Made by a program: the position numbers and the translations under genes. The notes under the pieces were generated by a model. It was not told the origin of the DNA. It saw only the letters and a program-made list of their open reading frames with translations, and did not search any database. This document shows, piece after piece, positions 9,044-18,019 of a stretch of 32,000 nt of DNA. The DNA is from Haloarcula limicola. Its GTDB lineage: Archaea > Halobacteriota > Halobacteria > Halobacteriales > Haloarculaceae. The stretch is from assembly GCF_010119205.1 (NCBI RefSeq), contig NZ_WRXM01000002.1, positions 22,982-54,981 on the forward strand, read 5' to 3'. Positions within the stretch are counted from its first letter, which is position 1. Each line of letters opens with the position of its first letter.

Positions 9044-9790
9044 TTACTCAAAATCAGTCAGATCCGATTGGTCGGTCCAACCTCCTAAGTGAGCATATGC
9101 CTCTGGATTGTAGGGGACCCCCTCAGTGTTCAGTAGCAAATCAGGATACAGTTCCCATGCTAATGCAATAAGCTGTTGTTCGAGTTCTTCAAGGTATGGC
9201 GAGGCCCCCGTGTCTGGTGTATAGGGGCCTATATCGTCAACCTCCCAAGCTTTCATCCACAGATAGACATTCCGTTTGAGTCGACGAGACTTCGGCTCGA
9301 AAAGCGTCCGAATCCATCGCCCTTTTGAGGACCCTGGTGTCTCACCAGTGGATTCCCAAGCTGAATCGAAGTATGCCTGACTCAGACCGCCTAGATGAAA
9401 CGCAGTCCCATACCCCCATCTTGCGAACCGTGACTTCCGCTCCCGGATGTACTTTAAGTTTGGATTGAGTTTATACCCACTAGACGCGAACTTCCCCGAT
9501 TTTCCGATGTAGAGTGGGATTACATCTTTATTGGAGCCGAGCCAGTACATCACATAAATCACACCCTCGTACCGTTGCCCTCGTTCGTGGAAGTCGGTCT
9601 CAACATTTTCTGCCTGCTCAATGACCAGTCGCTCCATGGCCGCACTCCGCTTGAGAACATCGCGTTCGTGCGGTCCGTTTCCGAATTGCTCTGTCTGGAT
9701 CACACCATCGGCGTCAGTTTCGAACAGAGGGACGCTGTCGTCAAGATTGTGGATGTCCACCCATTGGGCCCAGACATCGGCCTTGCTCAT
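9044..9790 (-). CDS. GIY-YIG-like nuclease domain protein
   Basis: RYEGVIYVMYWLGSNKDVIPLYIGKSGKF...RFARWGYGTAFHLGGL: GVIYV...LYIGKS core followed by R/W positions. Confidence 0.75.
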   Translation of the reverse strand: MSKADVWAQWVDIHNLDDSVPLFETDADGVIQTEQFGNGPHERDVLKRSAAMERLVIEQAENVETDFHERGQRYEGVIYVMYWLGSNKDVIPLYIGKSGKFASSGYKLNPNLKYIRERKSRFARWGYGTAFHLGGLSQAYFDSAWESTGETPGSSKGRWIRTLFEPKSRRLKRNVYLWMKAWEVDDIGPYTPDTGASPYLEELEQQLIALAWELYPDLLLNTEGVPYNPEAYAHLGGWTDQSDLTDFE

Positions 9791-9968
9791 ACAGATCCCA
9801 TTTAAAAGCTGGAAATAAAATCCATCGGATTTAGTAAGAACACCGCCCGTATCGAGTCATAGATTACTACCCGCCGGAGAGAACCCGTGGAAAGCACGAT
9901 TTGATCTCCCAGCCCTCTTGCGATGTGTTCAACAGACGACTGTTATGGTATGCATCCGTCGGCTAGTC

Positions 9969-10541
9969 TTACCAAAGGTTAGGTCCACGGCTTCCACGAC
10001 GACCAATAACAAGTGAAAAGGTGAGTACCAGCACGATGCCAGCACCACCTAACAGCCACAATTGCTCTGGCGGTTGAACCTCTTGATAGGCTAAGTATCC
10101 CTGAATCAGTGCCGTCGCTGCCAGCAACCCAGTAGCCAGGGTTAGAACAACGTCTATTTTTCGACTCTCCGAACGCCACTTATCCTCTTTTTGGGTCCGG
10201 TACCAATCATGAGCTACCCGGTATCCCTCCTCAGTCAATCGATATACCACGAAATCTGTGTCTTCGAAGGGTCTGAGGTAGTGAACCAGTCCTTCATCCA
10301 GAAGGTGATTAAGTTCGATTATCGCCTGGTCTTCGGTAAGCTCTGTCTCTGTAAGTAGTTTGGAATCGGTCGAGAGGCTCTCTACCACGTCATATCTGTC
10401 TTCAGACATGTGTTCGGGTACCGTCATATGGCTCAAACTGACGACAACATCTGTCTCATACAGAACCTGAAGGACGTTAACCCAACCACGTGTTACCCAT
10501 TTCTCACCGTCAACGGTCCTTTCCATCAGTAAGTTCGTCAA
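9969..10541 (-). CDS. Winged-helix protein with two C-terminal transmembrane helices
   Basis: wHTH-like N-terminal half; hydrophobic segments VVLTLATGLLAATALIQGYLAY and LWLLGGAGIVLVLTFSLVIG. Confidence 0.7.
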   Translation of the reverse strand: MTNLLMERTVDGEKWVTRGWVNVLQVLYETDVVVSLSHMTVPEHMSEDRYDVVESLSTDSKLLTETELTEDQAIIELNHLLDEGLVHYLRPFEDTDFVVYRLTEEGYRVAHDWYRTQKEDKWRSESRKIDVVLTLATGLLAATALIQGYLAYQEVQPPEQLWLLGGAGIVLVLTFSLVIGRRGSRGPNLW

Positions 10542-10645
10542 CTAAAGAGTCAATAAACATTATCAAACTATTAGAGAATCCTTCCACTCTACTTGCCATA
10601 TACTGCCACGACATTCCCCTTTAGTGGACGATTCACGCTTTGCAT

Positions 10646-11806
10646 CTAATCAGATATCATCGTTTCCCCCAGTTCTCGTCCTACTCGAGTCTGTTGACGG
10701 TCCGCCGCTACGTCAAGCAGACGACTGCACAGCGATAGTACCTGCCGAACGTTACCCTGAGAACGCTGATGAACCCATTGTAAGCATTCCTCCTCGAACG
10801 GGGCGATTCCTCCAGTCCCATCTACTCGAGCGGTATCTAAATACGAGGCCACCAAGTCGGTGAGGTGTTCGTCTGTCAACGGACGCAACGCTACCTCCTG
10901 ACCGATCCGTTCAGAGAAGGCATGGTACTCACTCATCACGTCTTGCCACACCTCTGGTGCACAGGCAAACAGCAGACAGAGGCCGTGACTATTCTGGTCC
11001 ATCAGATGACGGATGCTATTTAGCGTCGCCTGTTCGTCCTTCGGCGACAGCCGGGCAATACTTTCGAACTCGTCAACAAAGACGAACACACCGGTATACC
11101 CCAGCTCAAGGAGGATATTCTTTAGAGCAGTGAACGCCCGAACGCTCGTCGTGTCGTCGTCGAGGGCGCTATGAATCTCCATTTCCTTCCGTTGCTCGTA
11201 GCGGATTCCTTCGGCGGTCAGCCACTGCCAAGCGTAGAGGTTAGTATCTTCGTACACCATGTGAACGATCGCTCGTGAGAAGTCCGCAAACTGGGTAACT
11301 GTATTAAGCCGTTGGATAGCTGTTGGAATAATCTCCGAGAGCAGCAGTTCGCCCTCGTCGATTAACTCACACATCTCATCGGGCCTGGATGGATGCCAGT
11401 CAGTAATATCTGAGGTAATATGAGCGAGATACTCGTACGCGAGTTGCTGCACTCGATCAAACCCTAGATCGTAGAGGAACTCGTGGTAGATATCACGGAA
11501 TCCCTCCCCGGGTTGGGCGACGTAACCGACGAGTACGTCGTCGCGATCACGGACCAGTGACCGTGTGTACTTGAGCGTATGTGACTTCCCGTTACCGTAT
11601 TTGGCTGTGACGACAAGGTGTTTCGACTTCCCGGTACTGAGCATCGTAGAGACTGTGTCGCTAATTCGCTTCGCTGCGTGTTCCTGTCCGCAGTATATCT
11701 CCGGGTCGTTTTTCGGAACAGGACTGTAGGGGAAAGGATTCTCCTCCAAGTTGAACTGGGAGTAATCGCGCTGTTCGTCGGTAATGGTGAAACCGTTGTC
11801 AGTCAT
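10646..11806 (-). CDS. AAA/P-loop ATPase
   Basis: VVTAKYGNGKSHTLKY Walker A; GVFVFVDEFESI Walker B; LLFACAPEVW sensor-like. Start at 11806 (MTDNGF) supported by the ATGACTGA overlap with the upstream gene. Confidence 0.85.
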   Translation of the reverse strand: MTDNGFTITDEQRDYSQFNLEENPFPYSPVPKNDPEIYCGQEHAAKRISDTVSTMLSTGKSKHLVVTAKYGNGKSHTLKYTRSLVRDRDDVLVGYVAQPGEGFRDIYHEFLYDLGFDRVQQLAYEYLAHITSDITDWHPSRPDEMCELIDEGELLLSEIIPTAIQRLNTVTQFADFSRAIVHMVYEDTNLYAWQWLTAEGIRYEQRKEMEIHSALDDDTTSVRAFTALKNILLELGYTGVFVFVDEFESIARLSPKDEQATLNSIRHLMDQNSHGLCLLFACAPEVWQDVMSEYHAFSERIGQEVALRPLTDEHLTDLVASYLDTARVDGTGGIAPFEEECLQWVHQRSQGNVRQVLSLCSRLLDVAADRQQTRVGRELGETMISD

Positions 11807-12698
11807 CGTTGTTTGGATCGTATTCGAGGTCACGGTCGTGGACCGCGAGATAGTAGTATCGCTTGCCGAACTGTTCGACACCGCGCATCACTTTGTCGGT
11901 CGACTGATTAGTAGAAACGAGACTACCGCTATCGGCGATCGTCATGGATTTGATGCCGAGTTTCGCATCTTTGGCTACCGTATCCACGGGGGCGCCCGAC
12001 AGCTCTACTCGTCCGACATTCTGCTCTGCAAGACGAACCAGAGCTTTGTCGAAGGGATCGCGTGGACACGTAAACTGCTCACAGTAGTGCTCGCGCAGCT
12101 TCGGGATTGAAAGATAGCGTTGTCTTAGTGACACTCCCCCAGTCTCCTCCAAATCGTCGAATACTGACAACAGATGGTCGGTGAAGCTGGACGTGACGCT
12201 GTCGCGTTCAACTGGATAGTAAGTACCGGTGAACGCGTTGCGCTGGATACGTCCGAGACGTTCGCCCCAGTCACCGAGAACCTCAACGCTCGTCTGATTA
12301 TATGTCCGTCCGGTGCTTTGCTCTCGTGTCTGTAGATCTCTAAGGATTGTTTCTAGATCGGTTGGTGCAGTCTCCTTGAGTGACTGAAGGAGTGCCCTGT
12401 AGTGGGGGCTCTGTGCCTCCAAGATATTGTTGACTCGGTCCCAGTTCTCATCCCGAACTGCCTTGACGAGATCGACGCCTATCTGGGTCGCCAGAAACCA
12501 CGTCTCGGAATCCTCAGGATTATGTTCGTCAATCAGGCCGACACGCAGCGCTTCAAGAATTGTCTCGCGTGCTCGTCGGTGGCTGACGTTCAATGCAGCC
12601 TCGATTTCAGCAGTCGTTTGGCTTTCGCCTTTACAGGCATGGGTCACCTCAATAAGGCGAGCAAGAGTAACCGGTCGCACCGTGGGACGCTCGCTCAT
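11799..12698 (-). CDS. Winged-helix-containing partner protein of the AAA ATPase
   Basis: SQTTAEIEAALNVSHRRARETILEALRVGLIDE wHTH; overlaps both neighbours by a few nt. Confidence 0.8.
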   Translation of the reverse strand: MSERPTVRPVTLARLIEVTHACKGESQTTAEIEAALNVSHRRARETILEALRVGLIDEHNPEDSETWFLATQIGVDLVKAVRDENWDRVNNILEAQSPHYRALLQSLKETAPTDLETILRDLQTREQSTGRTYNQTSVEVLGDWGERLGRIQRNAFTGTYYPVERDSVTSSFTDHLLSVFDDLEETGGVSLRQRYLSIPKLREHYCEQFTCPRDPFDKALVRLAEQNVGRVELSGAPVDTVAKDAKLGIKSMTIADSGSLVSTNQSTDKVMRGVEQFGKRYYYLAVHDRDLEYDPNNDD

Positions 12699-13762
12699 GT
12701 GAACCTCCGAACTTGCTGTTTCGCCATTTGATATGCTCGCTGAGTCACCTCATTGTGCTCGAACCGAAGGTCGAGATACGCCTCGATATCGTAATCGCCT
12801 GCGACCATGTACCGGAACCGACGAAGTTCAGTCACCAGCGACCAGAGGTTGTGTTGCGTCAGCAGATTCCGGTCCTTGCGTATGGTCGACAGCGGTCGTG
12901 AGCAGCAGACTGGGCACGAACATGGTAGATGCTCTAATTCCTCGATGCTATGGAGTTCCGTACCGCCGAATCCTGGAACAAGGTAGTTTCGATTGCCTGC
13001 GCTCCGGATGAATGCCGATGAGTCGAAACTATCGACGCCTAGATACAGCAACAGCGGCTGATAGACAATGCCACCTAACCCGTAAACGTGGAGATGCTTG
13101 TCCGTAACTCGTCGAGCAGACAGTATTAGTTTGGTTACTTTCTTGTAATCTGTCCTAATCGGCACTAAGCTACCGAGAGCATATCCGTCGAAGTCCCCTT
13201 TACGTTCGAGATATCGGAGTGTGTTCCGGATTGTTTTGGGATCGTGCCCATGAACACTGGCGAAAAGAAGTGCCTCTCCTTCGTGAGCATCGCTTGCTTG
13301 GAGTGCATATGTTGTACTCTCCTCAATTCGCTGTTGGTTCTCTACTGCCCGATTTTCGGGTGAGAGAGGTCGGTCAAGCGTCCCATAAATGTCTGCATCA
13401 AGTTGCCGTTGTGTTTCCAGTACTTGCTTTGGTGTAGTGTCGACTTCTTTGGAACGATAATCGAACCCACCGCTGTCGGCGTACAGAATAGTCTTACTAG
13501 GAACGCCCATCTCCTCACGTATCGTAGCCCCCTCGAGAAGACGATCCCACTGTGGACCACGCTGGCGGATTGCTCTGGTGTTTACCATTGCAGTCCGGAG
13601 GTCAGGTATACTGTCGGCGTACTCTGGGGTATTATCGCTCGACCGTTTTCCGATATTGCGGACTGGAAAGAGCACTGGTGTCTCCAGCGGCCCGTGCGGT
13701 GTCTTGAGCGTGCGGTGTCGGTACAGCATGGCGGCGCGCTTCGATAAGCTGGCGAGGCTCAT
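12695..13762 (-). CDS. tRNA-guanine transglycosylase-fold protein lacking PUA/C-terminal domains (candidate nucleic-acid guanine transglycosylase)
   Basis: ILYADSGGFDYRSKEV; YALGSLVPI; HVYGLGG; LGVDSFDSSAFIRSAGNRNYLVPG; zinc-site-like CSCPVCCS...QHNLWSLVTELRRFR. Internal start MSLASL at 13762. Confidence 0.85.
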   Translation of the reverse strand: MSLASLSKRAAMLYRHRTLKTPHGPLETPVLFPVRNIGKRSSDNTPEYADSIPDLRTAMVNTRAIRQRGPQWDRLLEGATIREEMGVPSKTILYADSGGFDYRSKEVDTTPKQVLETQRQLDADIYGTLDRPLSPENRAVENQQRIEESTTYALQASDAHEGEALLFASVHGHDPKTIRNTLRYLERKGDFDGYALGSLVPIRTDYKKVTKLILSARRVTDKHLHVYGLGGIVYQPLLLYLGVDSFDSSAFIRSAGNRNYLVPGFGGTELHSIEELEHLPCSCPVCCSRPLSTIRKDRNLLTQHNLWSLVTELRRFRYMVAGDYDIEAYLDLRFEHNEVTQRAYQMAKQQVRRFT

Positions 13763-13766
13763 AAAA

Positions 13767-13784
13767 GGTTGGTTCAGACCAACC
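13767..13784. promoter_or_regulatory. Perfect inverted repeat GGTTGGT-TCAG-ACCAACC, candidate operator or 5' hairpin
   Basis: 7-bp perfect arms with 4-nt spacer, 5 bp upstream of the TGT-like start codon, between two divergent genes. Confidence 0.55.
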
Positions 13785-13838
13785 CAAACTGCAGATAATC
13801 CGGAGTATGTATAATGACCCACCAATCAGTACGGGGTG

Positions 13839-14117
13839 ATGTATAACGAGGTTCGGTCAGTGGTTGAATCAAAATGGTCGATAAAGATCCTATCGTCGCT
13901 GTCAGAGGAGAGTCCACAGAATTTCTCGACGGTTCAGGAGCAGTTCGATACCTCGAACGATGTCATCACTGATAGACTGAGACTCCTTGCCGAGTACGAT
14001 CTCATTGATCGGAGAGAGCATACTCGTAGAGATGTTCGGTATAGCATCACTAAGCGTGGTGAACGATTCCTTGATGAACTGAGGGATCTCAATTCATTAC
14101 TCAGGAAGGGACTCTGA
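13839..14117 (+). CDS. HxlR/PadR-like winged-helix regulator
   Basis: SKWSIKILSSLSEESPQNFSTVQEQF...VITDRLRLLAEYDLIDRREHTRRDVRYSITKRGERFLDEL. Confidence 0.75.
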   Translation: MYNEVRSVVESKWSIKILSSLSEESPQNFSTVQEQFDTSNDVITDRLRLLAEYDLIDRREHTRRDVRYSITKRGERFLDELRDLNSLLRKGL

Positions 14118-14134
14118 ACAGATCCACTGGCCTA

Positions 14135-14842
14135 CTACTGGTAGTCGCCCAACCCACTCTGTGTTGTGGGTTCAGTCGTTAGATACTGAGCCAACTTCTC
14201 CAGGCACTCTACGCGTTTCCCCTCACTACGATGTGCAGCGAAGTTCTGAAGATAGCGGCCCTTGAGGGCGACGACGATTGTGCCATGTTCCTTCGCTTCT
14301 GCTAGCCGAGCAGAAATCGATATGACGTTATCGCGATCCACGGCGAGACTCTCTTGATTGAATACGACACCCGTCGTCTCGGTCGGAAGTGCATTGAGAA
14401 CTTCTTCAAGGTCACACGCGCGGTAGTAGTCGCTACCGAGGGCCAGAACGACGAGGTCGTATGGTGGGTCCGTCTGTACGGCGTCACGGACGTTCTGCGG
14501 AATTCCTAACTTGATCGCACGTTCGTCAATCTCGGTCGCAGTCATATCAGAGAACGTAATGTCGTACGGCGGTAACTCGGTGTCTTCGTCAACGAGGCCA
14601 AACCCTGCACTAATGTAGACTCGATTAACCGTATCTCCGCTCTCTCGGAGATGATCAACGGCGAAGTCAATGTACTGCTGCTGGCGTCCGGTGTATAATT
14701 GTCTTGCCGGAATACCCTGAACCTTATCTCTCTCAAGTAAGGCCTCGCGATCGTATTGGTCGATTTCAGCGGCATCGAACTCGGATACGTTCTCTGGGTT
14801 ATCTTTAGAGCCAGAACACTGGCCGACGATGAGTACACGCAT
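14135..14842 (-). CDS. DUF6884-like protein coupled to DpdA
   Basis: VLIVGQCSGSKDNP...IPARQLYTGRQQQYID...RVYISAGFGLVDEDTELPPYDITFSD; starts 2 nt after the stop of the upstream gene. Confidence 0.78.
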   Translation of the reverse strand: MRVLIVGQCSGSKDNPENVSEFDAAEIDQYDREALLERDKVQGIPARQLYTGRQQQYIDFAVDHLRESGDTVNRVYISAGFGLVDEDTELPPYDITFSDMTATEIDERAIKLGIPQNVRDAVQTDPPYDLVVLALGSDYYRACDLEEVLNALPTETTGVVFNQESLAVDRDNVISISARLAEAKEHGTIVVALKGRYLQNFAAHRSEGKRVECLEKLAQYLTTEPTTQSGLGDYQ

Positions 14843-14844
14843 GG

Positions 14845-17064
14845 TTAGTAGTCGGTCAGTCCGGATTGCATGAGATGCTGTGGGAGGAATTCGTCTTCGT
14901 ACCCGAGGCGTTCGAGAACGCCGTCTCGAATGCTTGCGGGGTTGGTGTGTTCATGTACCGTGCAGTTGACGTCCTCAAGCCGACTGCGAGTTGCTTCGTC
15001 CAGCTCTAAGTGCCGAGCGTCGACGAAAATATCCTGATACCGCTCACCTTCGGTGACAAGGACGTCGGCTAGGCCGTTGGAGTCGAACGATGCTGTCTCT
15101 GGACGGTTAGCCCACCACTCGTGCAATCCGGTTGCCGACACAGCCCCGATTTCGGCGACAGGGAGGTCGTGAACACTACCCCAGAACGTCGGTCGATCGT
15201 TACGGAGATATCTCTCCATAGTTCCCTGTCCCATCACAGACGCAGATGGACGCGTCACGACGAGAATTTTCGGGAGATCACCCTCGAATTGGTCATAGAA
15301 TCGCCGAGTATTGTGGAATCCACGGCGCCGATTACGGTTATTCCCTCGAAAGATTGCGACTTCGATTCCGTTCCGTGTACAGATTGGACAGTCACACCGT
15401 TTCCAAGGCTTGGCGTTGAGAAGGTCACGGTAATCGTCCAGAAGGTTTGCATCGCTGATCGGGTCCCAGGTCGCGTACGCCTCGACGAGGGGCCACAACG
15501 CGTTGATAGTGCCTGGCGTCTCTGACTCTCGTTCCACAACGACATCGAGCAACGTTGGTGTCCAATCGGTGAATACTTTCTCTGCAACTGCAACCAGGTC
15601 ATCGTACTCGGTGAACGGGATCGGGTTCTCGGGATCATCGTCACGGAGAAGTTTGATCAACTTCGAACTCAGCGGGTCACCGAAACTCGCCCGGAACGCA
15701 CGCCCGTGGTCGTAGCCCGAACGGAATGCCTCTTCAGTTTCTTTGATGTACGCCACGTCATACCGCTCGTCGTGCCGGTGCTCGAGAAGGTACTCCGTGA
15801 TCTCACTGAGAGCTTGTGTCGCTCGGTTGTGCCATGTCTGAAGTGCATCTGCAATCGGCTCGTTATTGTCGAACGCCCGGAGGGCATACAACATCTCCTG
15901 CCCTCGAAGAGCCTTCTCGATACTCGTTTGGAGGTCGTCTCGATAGCTCGGGTACCGGACGCGAATCGCGTCATAGCGCTCGTCGCTGTCGAGATGGTAA
16001 TTCTGTCCCCCTGTCCACGCTGCACGGAGCATGCTTGCGCTGTCGAAACTCGTCATACCACTACGACCGATGGTCTCGAAAGCACCGCTCTTGGCGAATC
16101 CAAAGACGTGGGTGTCGATGCGAGTCTCGTGCGTTCGTTCGAAGCTCTTGATTTCGTTCCCAACGGCACTCACGATATCTTTGACTGCACTCTCCGGACT
16201 TCCAGCGACACCACCGATACCAAGATACTGATACCCAAGATCGAGAACTTCCTTGGTCGCGTTTACGTACGATTCACAGTCCCAACCCTGCACAGCGGAC
16301 ATCAGTCGGAACGAGTAATCCCCTTCCTCGTACCGTTTGCGCATATCGCGAGCATTGCGGAGCGTGAGATCGTACCGATACTGCATATCGTCGGCCCGAT
16401 AGACTGCCCGAGGGTCGCTACGGAGATGTGCAATGATCTCCTCGACATCCCCCTCGAAATCAGTTCGTGTGAATGGCTCGATAGTCGAGACGTGATATAT
16501 GGAGGGTTCTTCTTCCGCGACATACGAAGGCCATCTGCGGCTAGAACTGCCATCGCCGTTGGGCCACGTATCGATCATGACGTCGAGTTCCTCGGTCACC
16601 TCCTCGGGGATGTCACCTTTGCTAAAGTCCCCGCTGAAAGCACGCTCATTGAGATAGAGGCGAGCAGTATGGCCCGCCCCAAGGACGAGGTGGTCAATCG
16701 TCACACCTGTAGTCACGCCGAGCTGCTCGTAGAACTCAAGCATCTCGCCGTTGTCGTACGGTGGGAAGGGGAGAGATTTGTAGCCCCACGCACCACAATC
16801 GCTGATCGTCGGGAGCCATCTAGGCAGGTCCAGTTTGGATGCGTCGTAAATTCCGTTCTCGGTCAATCGCTGTGCCTTAGTCGAACTCTCCTCTGCCTGT
16901 TCTCTCGAGATGAGGACGCCGTCGATCGGAGTGTTCTTCCTGTCGAATAAGTCCCAAATATACGCTAGATCACGCTCATCGGTCCCGAGCGTCGAGTGTT
17001 CGTCGTGGAGAAAATCGTAGTTCGCGTCAACCCGATCATCCCACTCGGGAACGTAGAACCGCAC
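14845..17064 (-). CDS. dpdA: DpdA-like DNA guanine transglycosylase
   Basis: TGT-fold signatures in a 739-aa DpdA-sized protein: PTISDCGAWGYKSLPFPPY, LGYQYLGIGGVAGS, THVFGFAKSG, GMTSFDSASMLRAAWTGGQNY, and CDCPICTRNGIEVAIFRGNNRNRRRGFHNTRRFYDQF. Confidence 0.82.
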   Translation of the reverse strand: MRFYVPEWDDRVDANYDFLHDEHSTLGTDERDLAYIWDLFDRKNTPIDGVLISREQAEESSTKAQRLTENGIYDASKLDLPRWLPTISDCGAWGYKSLPFPPYDNGEMLEFYEQLGVTTGVTIDHLVLGAGHTARLYLNERAFSGDFSKGDIPEEVTEELDVMIDTWPNGDGSSSRRWPSYVAEEEPSIYHVSTIEPFTRTDFEGDVEEIIAHLRSDPRAVYRADDMQYRYDLTLRNARDMRKRYEEGDYSFRLMSAVQGWDCESYVNATKEVLDLGYQYLGIGGVAGSPESAVKDIVSAVGNEIKSFERTHETRIDTHVFGFAKSGAFETIGRSGMTSFDSASMLRAAWTGGQNYHLDSDERYDAIRVRYPSYRDDLQTSIEKALRGQEMLYALRAFDNNEPIADALQTWHNRATQALSEITEYLLEHRHDERYDVAYIKETEEAFRSGYDHGRAFRASFGDPLSSKLIKLLRDDDPENPIPFTEYDDLVAVAEKVFTDWTPTLLDVVVERESETPGTINALWPLVEAYATWDPISDANLLDDYRDLLNAKPWKRCDCPICTRNGIEVAIFRGNNRNRRRGFHNTRRFYDQFEGDLPKILVVTRPSASVMGQGTMERYLRNDRPTFWGSVHDLPVAEIGAVSATGLHEWWANRPETASFDSNGLADVLVTEGERYQDIFVDARHLELDEATRSRLEDVNCTVHEHTNPASIRDGVLERLGYEDEFLPQHLMQSGLTDY

Positions 17065-17229
17065 TATTCAATCACCTACTCTGTGTTTCTCTTTTCGGCA
17101 TATTAGCGTACTGCTTCCGTGGTGGAACTGAAGAGGTCGGGTCCAGTGTTTTATACTCCGAACCGCTGAAGACTTCACTACATGCCCCACATTGTTCAGT
17201 CGACGACGCTTGGTGCAGTTAATTATATT

Positions 17230-17520
17230 CTAATTAGTGGAACCTGCGTGCTTGATTTTGCCGTTTCTGGTGAAGATGATTACTACACCTAGTCTAGCAC
17301 TGAGGACGCCGACTGGCCGGTAGAGGATGTTTCGCGGGTCGAAAACGTAGATGAAGCCCGTGTGATCCTCTATCCAGATGCCAAGACCTTCATCTGTGAA
17401 ATATCCGCGGATGGGGAGGAACACAATCAGGGTCCAGTTCGTTGCTACTGTGAGTGAGAGGAAGTCTATAGGTGGTCCATCTTCACTGAGTACCGTATGT
17501 TTATATGCTATCTGAACCAT
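17230..17520 (-). CDS. Hypothetical protein
   Basis: 96-aa ORF divergent from queD; no recognisable motif and may be spurious. Confidence 0.35.
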   Translation of the reverse strand: MVQIAYKHTVLSEDGPPIDFLSLTVATNWTLIVFLPIRGYFTDEGLGIWIEDHTGFIYVFDPRNILYRPVGVLSARLGVVIIFTRNGKIKHAGSTN

Positions 17521-17528
17521 CGGTGAGT

Positions 17529-18003
17529 ATGCCCGAGATAGCTTCAGGAGAATACTCCAGTAATATCTCCCTTGACGAGGCGGGCGAGCGGACCCTCCAC
17601 GTCGGTCGTGAGTGTCCTAACCGAATCAGTTCGGGGCACCGCATCCGCTACCATGACGGGAAGTGCTCCCGCCCACACGGGCACAATTACGAAATTTCAG
17701 TGACGGTCACCGGCGAAATCAGCGAGGAGGGGTGGATCGTCGACAAGGGCGACGTTACGGCCATCATCAGCGAGTGGGACCACCGTTTTTTACTCGGAAA
17801 AAGGTGACCTGCTCATTGAGGCATTTGAACGGTCGGGAGATGGTGACGCTGTTGTGGTCCTCAATCAGCCACCAACAGCAGAGGTGATGGCTGCGGTCCT
17901 CGAGCAACGTATGATAGAGGCGTTCCCCGAGAACGTCTCTGAGGTCTCTGTGGAAGTAGCCGAGACAAGAAGCGGGAACTCGGAGCCAACCGTTAATACG
18001 TAG
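17529..18003 (+). pseudogene. queD: QueD-like 6-carboxy-tetrahydropterin synthase with a single-base frameshift
   Basis: Frame 1: HVGRECPNRISSGHRIRYHDGKCSRPHGHNYEISVTVTGEISEEGWIVDKGDVTAIISEWDHRFLLGK, stop at 17807. The other frame from 17803 continues GDLLIEAFERSGDGDAVVVLNQPPTAEVMAAVLEQRMIEAFPENVSEVSVEVAETRSGNSEPTVNT to the TAG at 18001. Removing one A from 17798-17802 joins the halves. Confidence 0.85.
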
Positions 18004-18019
18004 CTCTCCAGCAGTAAAA

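Noticed and set aside
12695-13762. Annotating the short TGT-like gene as the housekeeping archaeosine tRNA transglycosylase
   Set aside because: Too short, lacking C-terminal/PUA domains, and embedded in an accessory operon with an ATPase and near dpdA.
15706-16950. 414-aa plus-strand ORF opposite dpdA
   Set aside because: No domain logic; the opposite strand has TGT/DpdA catalytic and zinc signatures across its length.
17798-17807. Programmed frameshift in queD as the default explanation
   Set aside because: No recognised archaeal slippery signal or stimulatory structure seen and no expression data; kept only as an alternative to error or decay.
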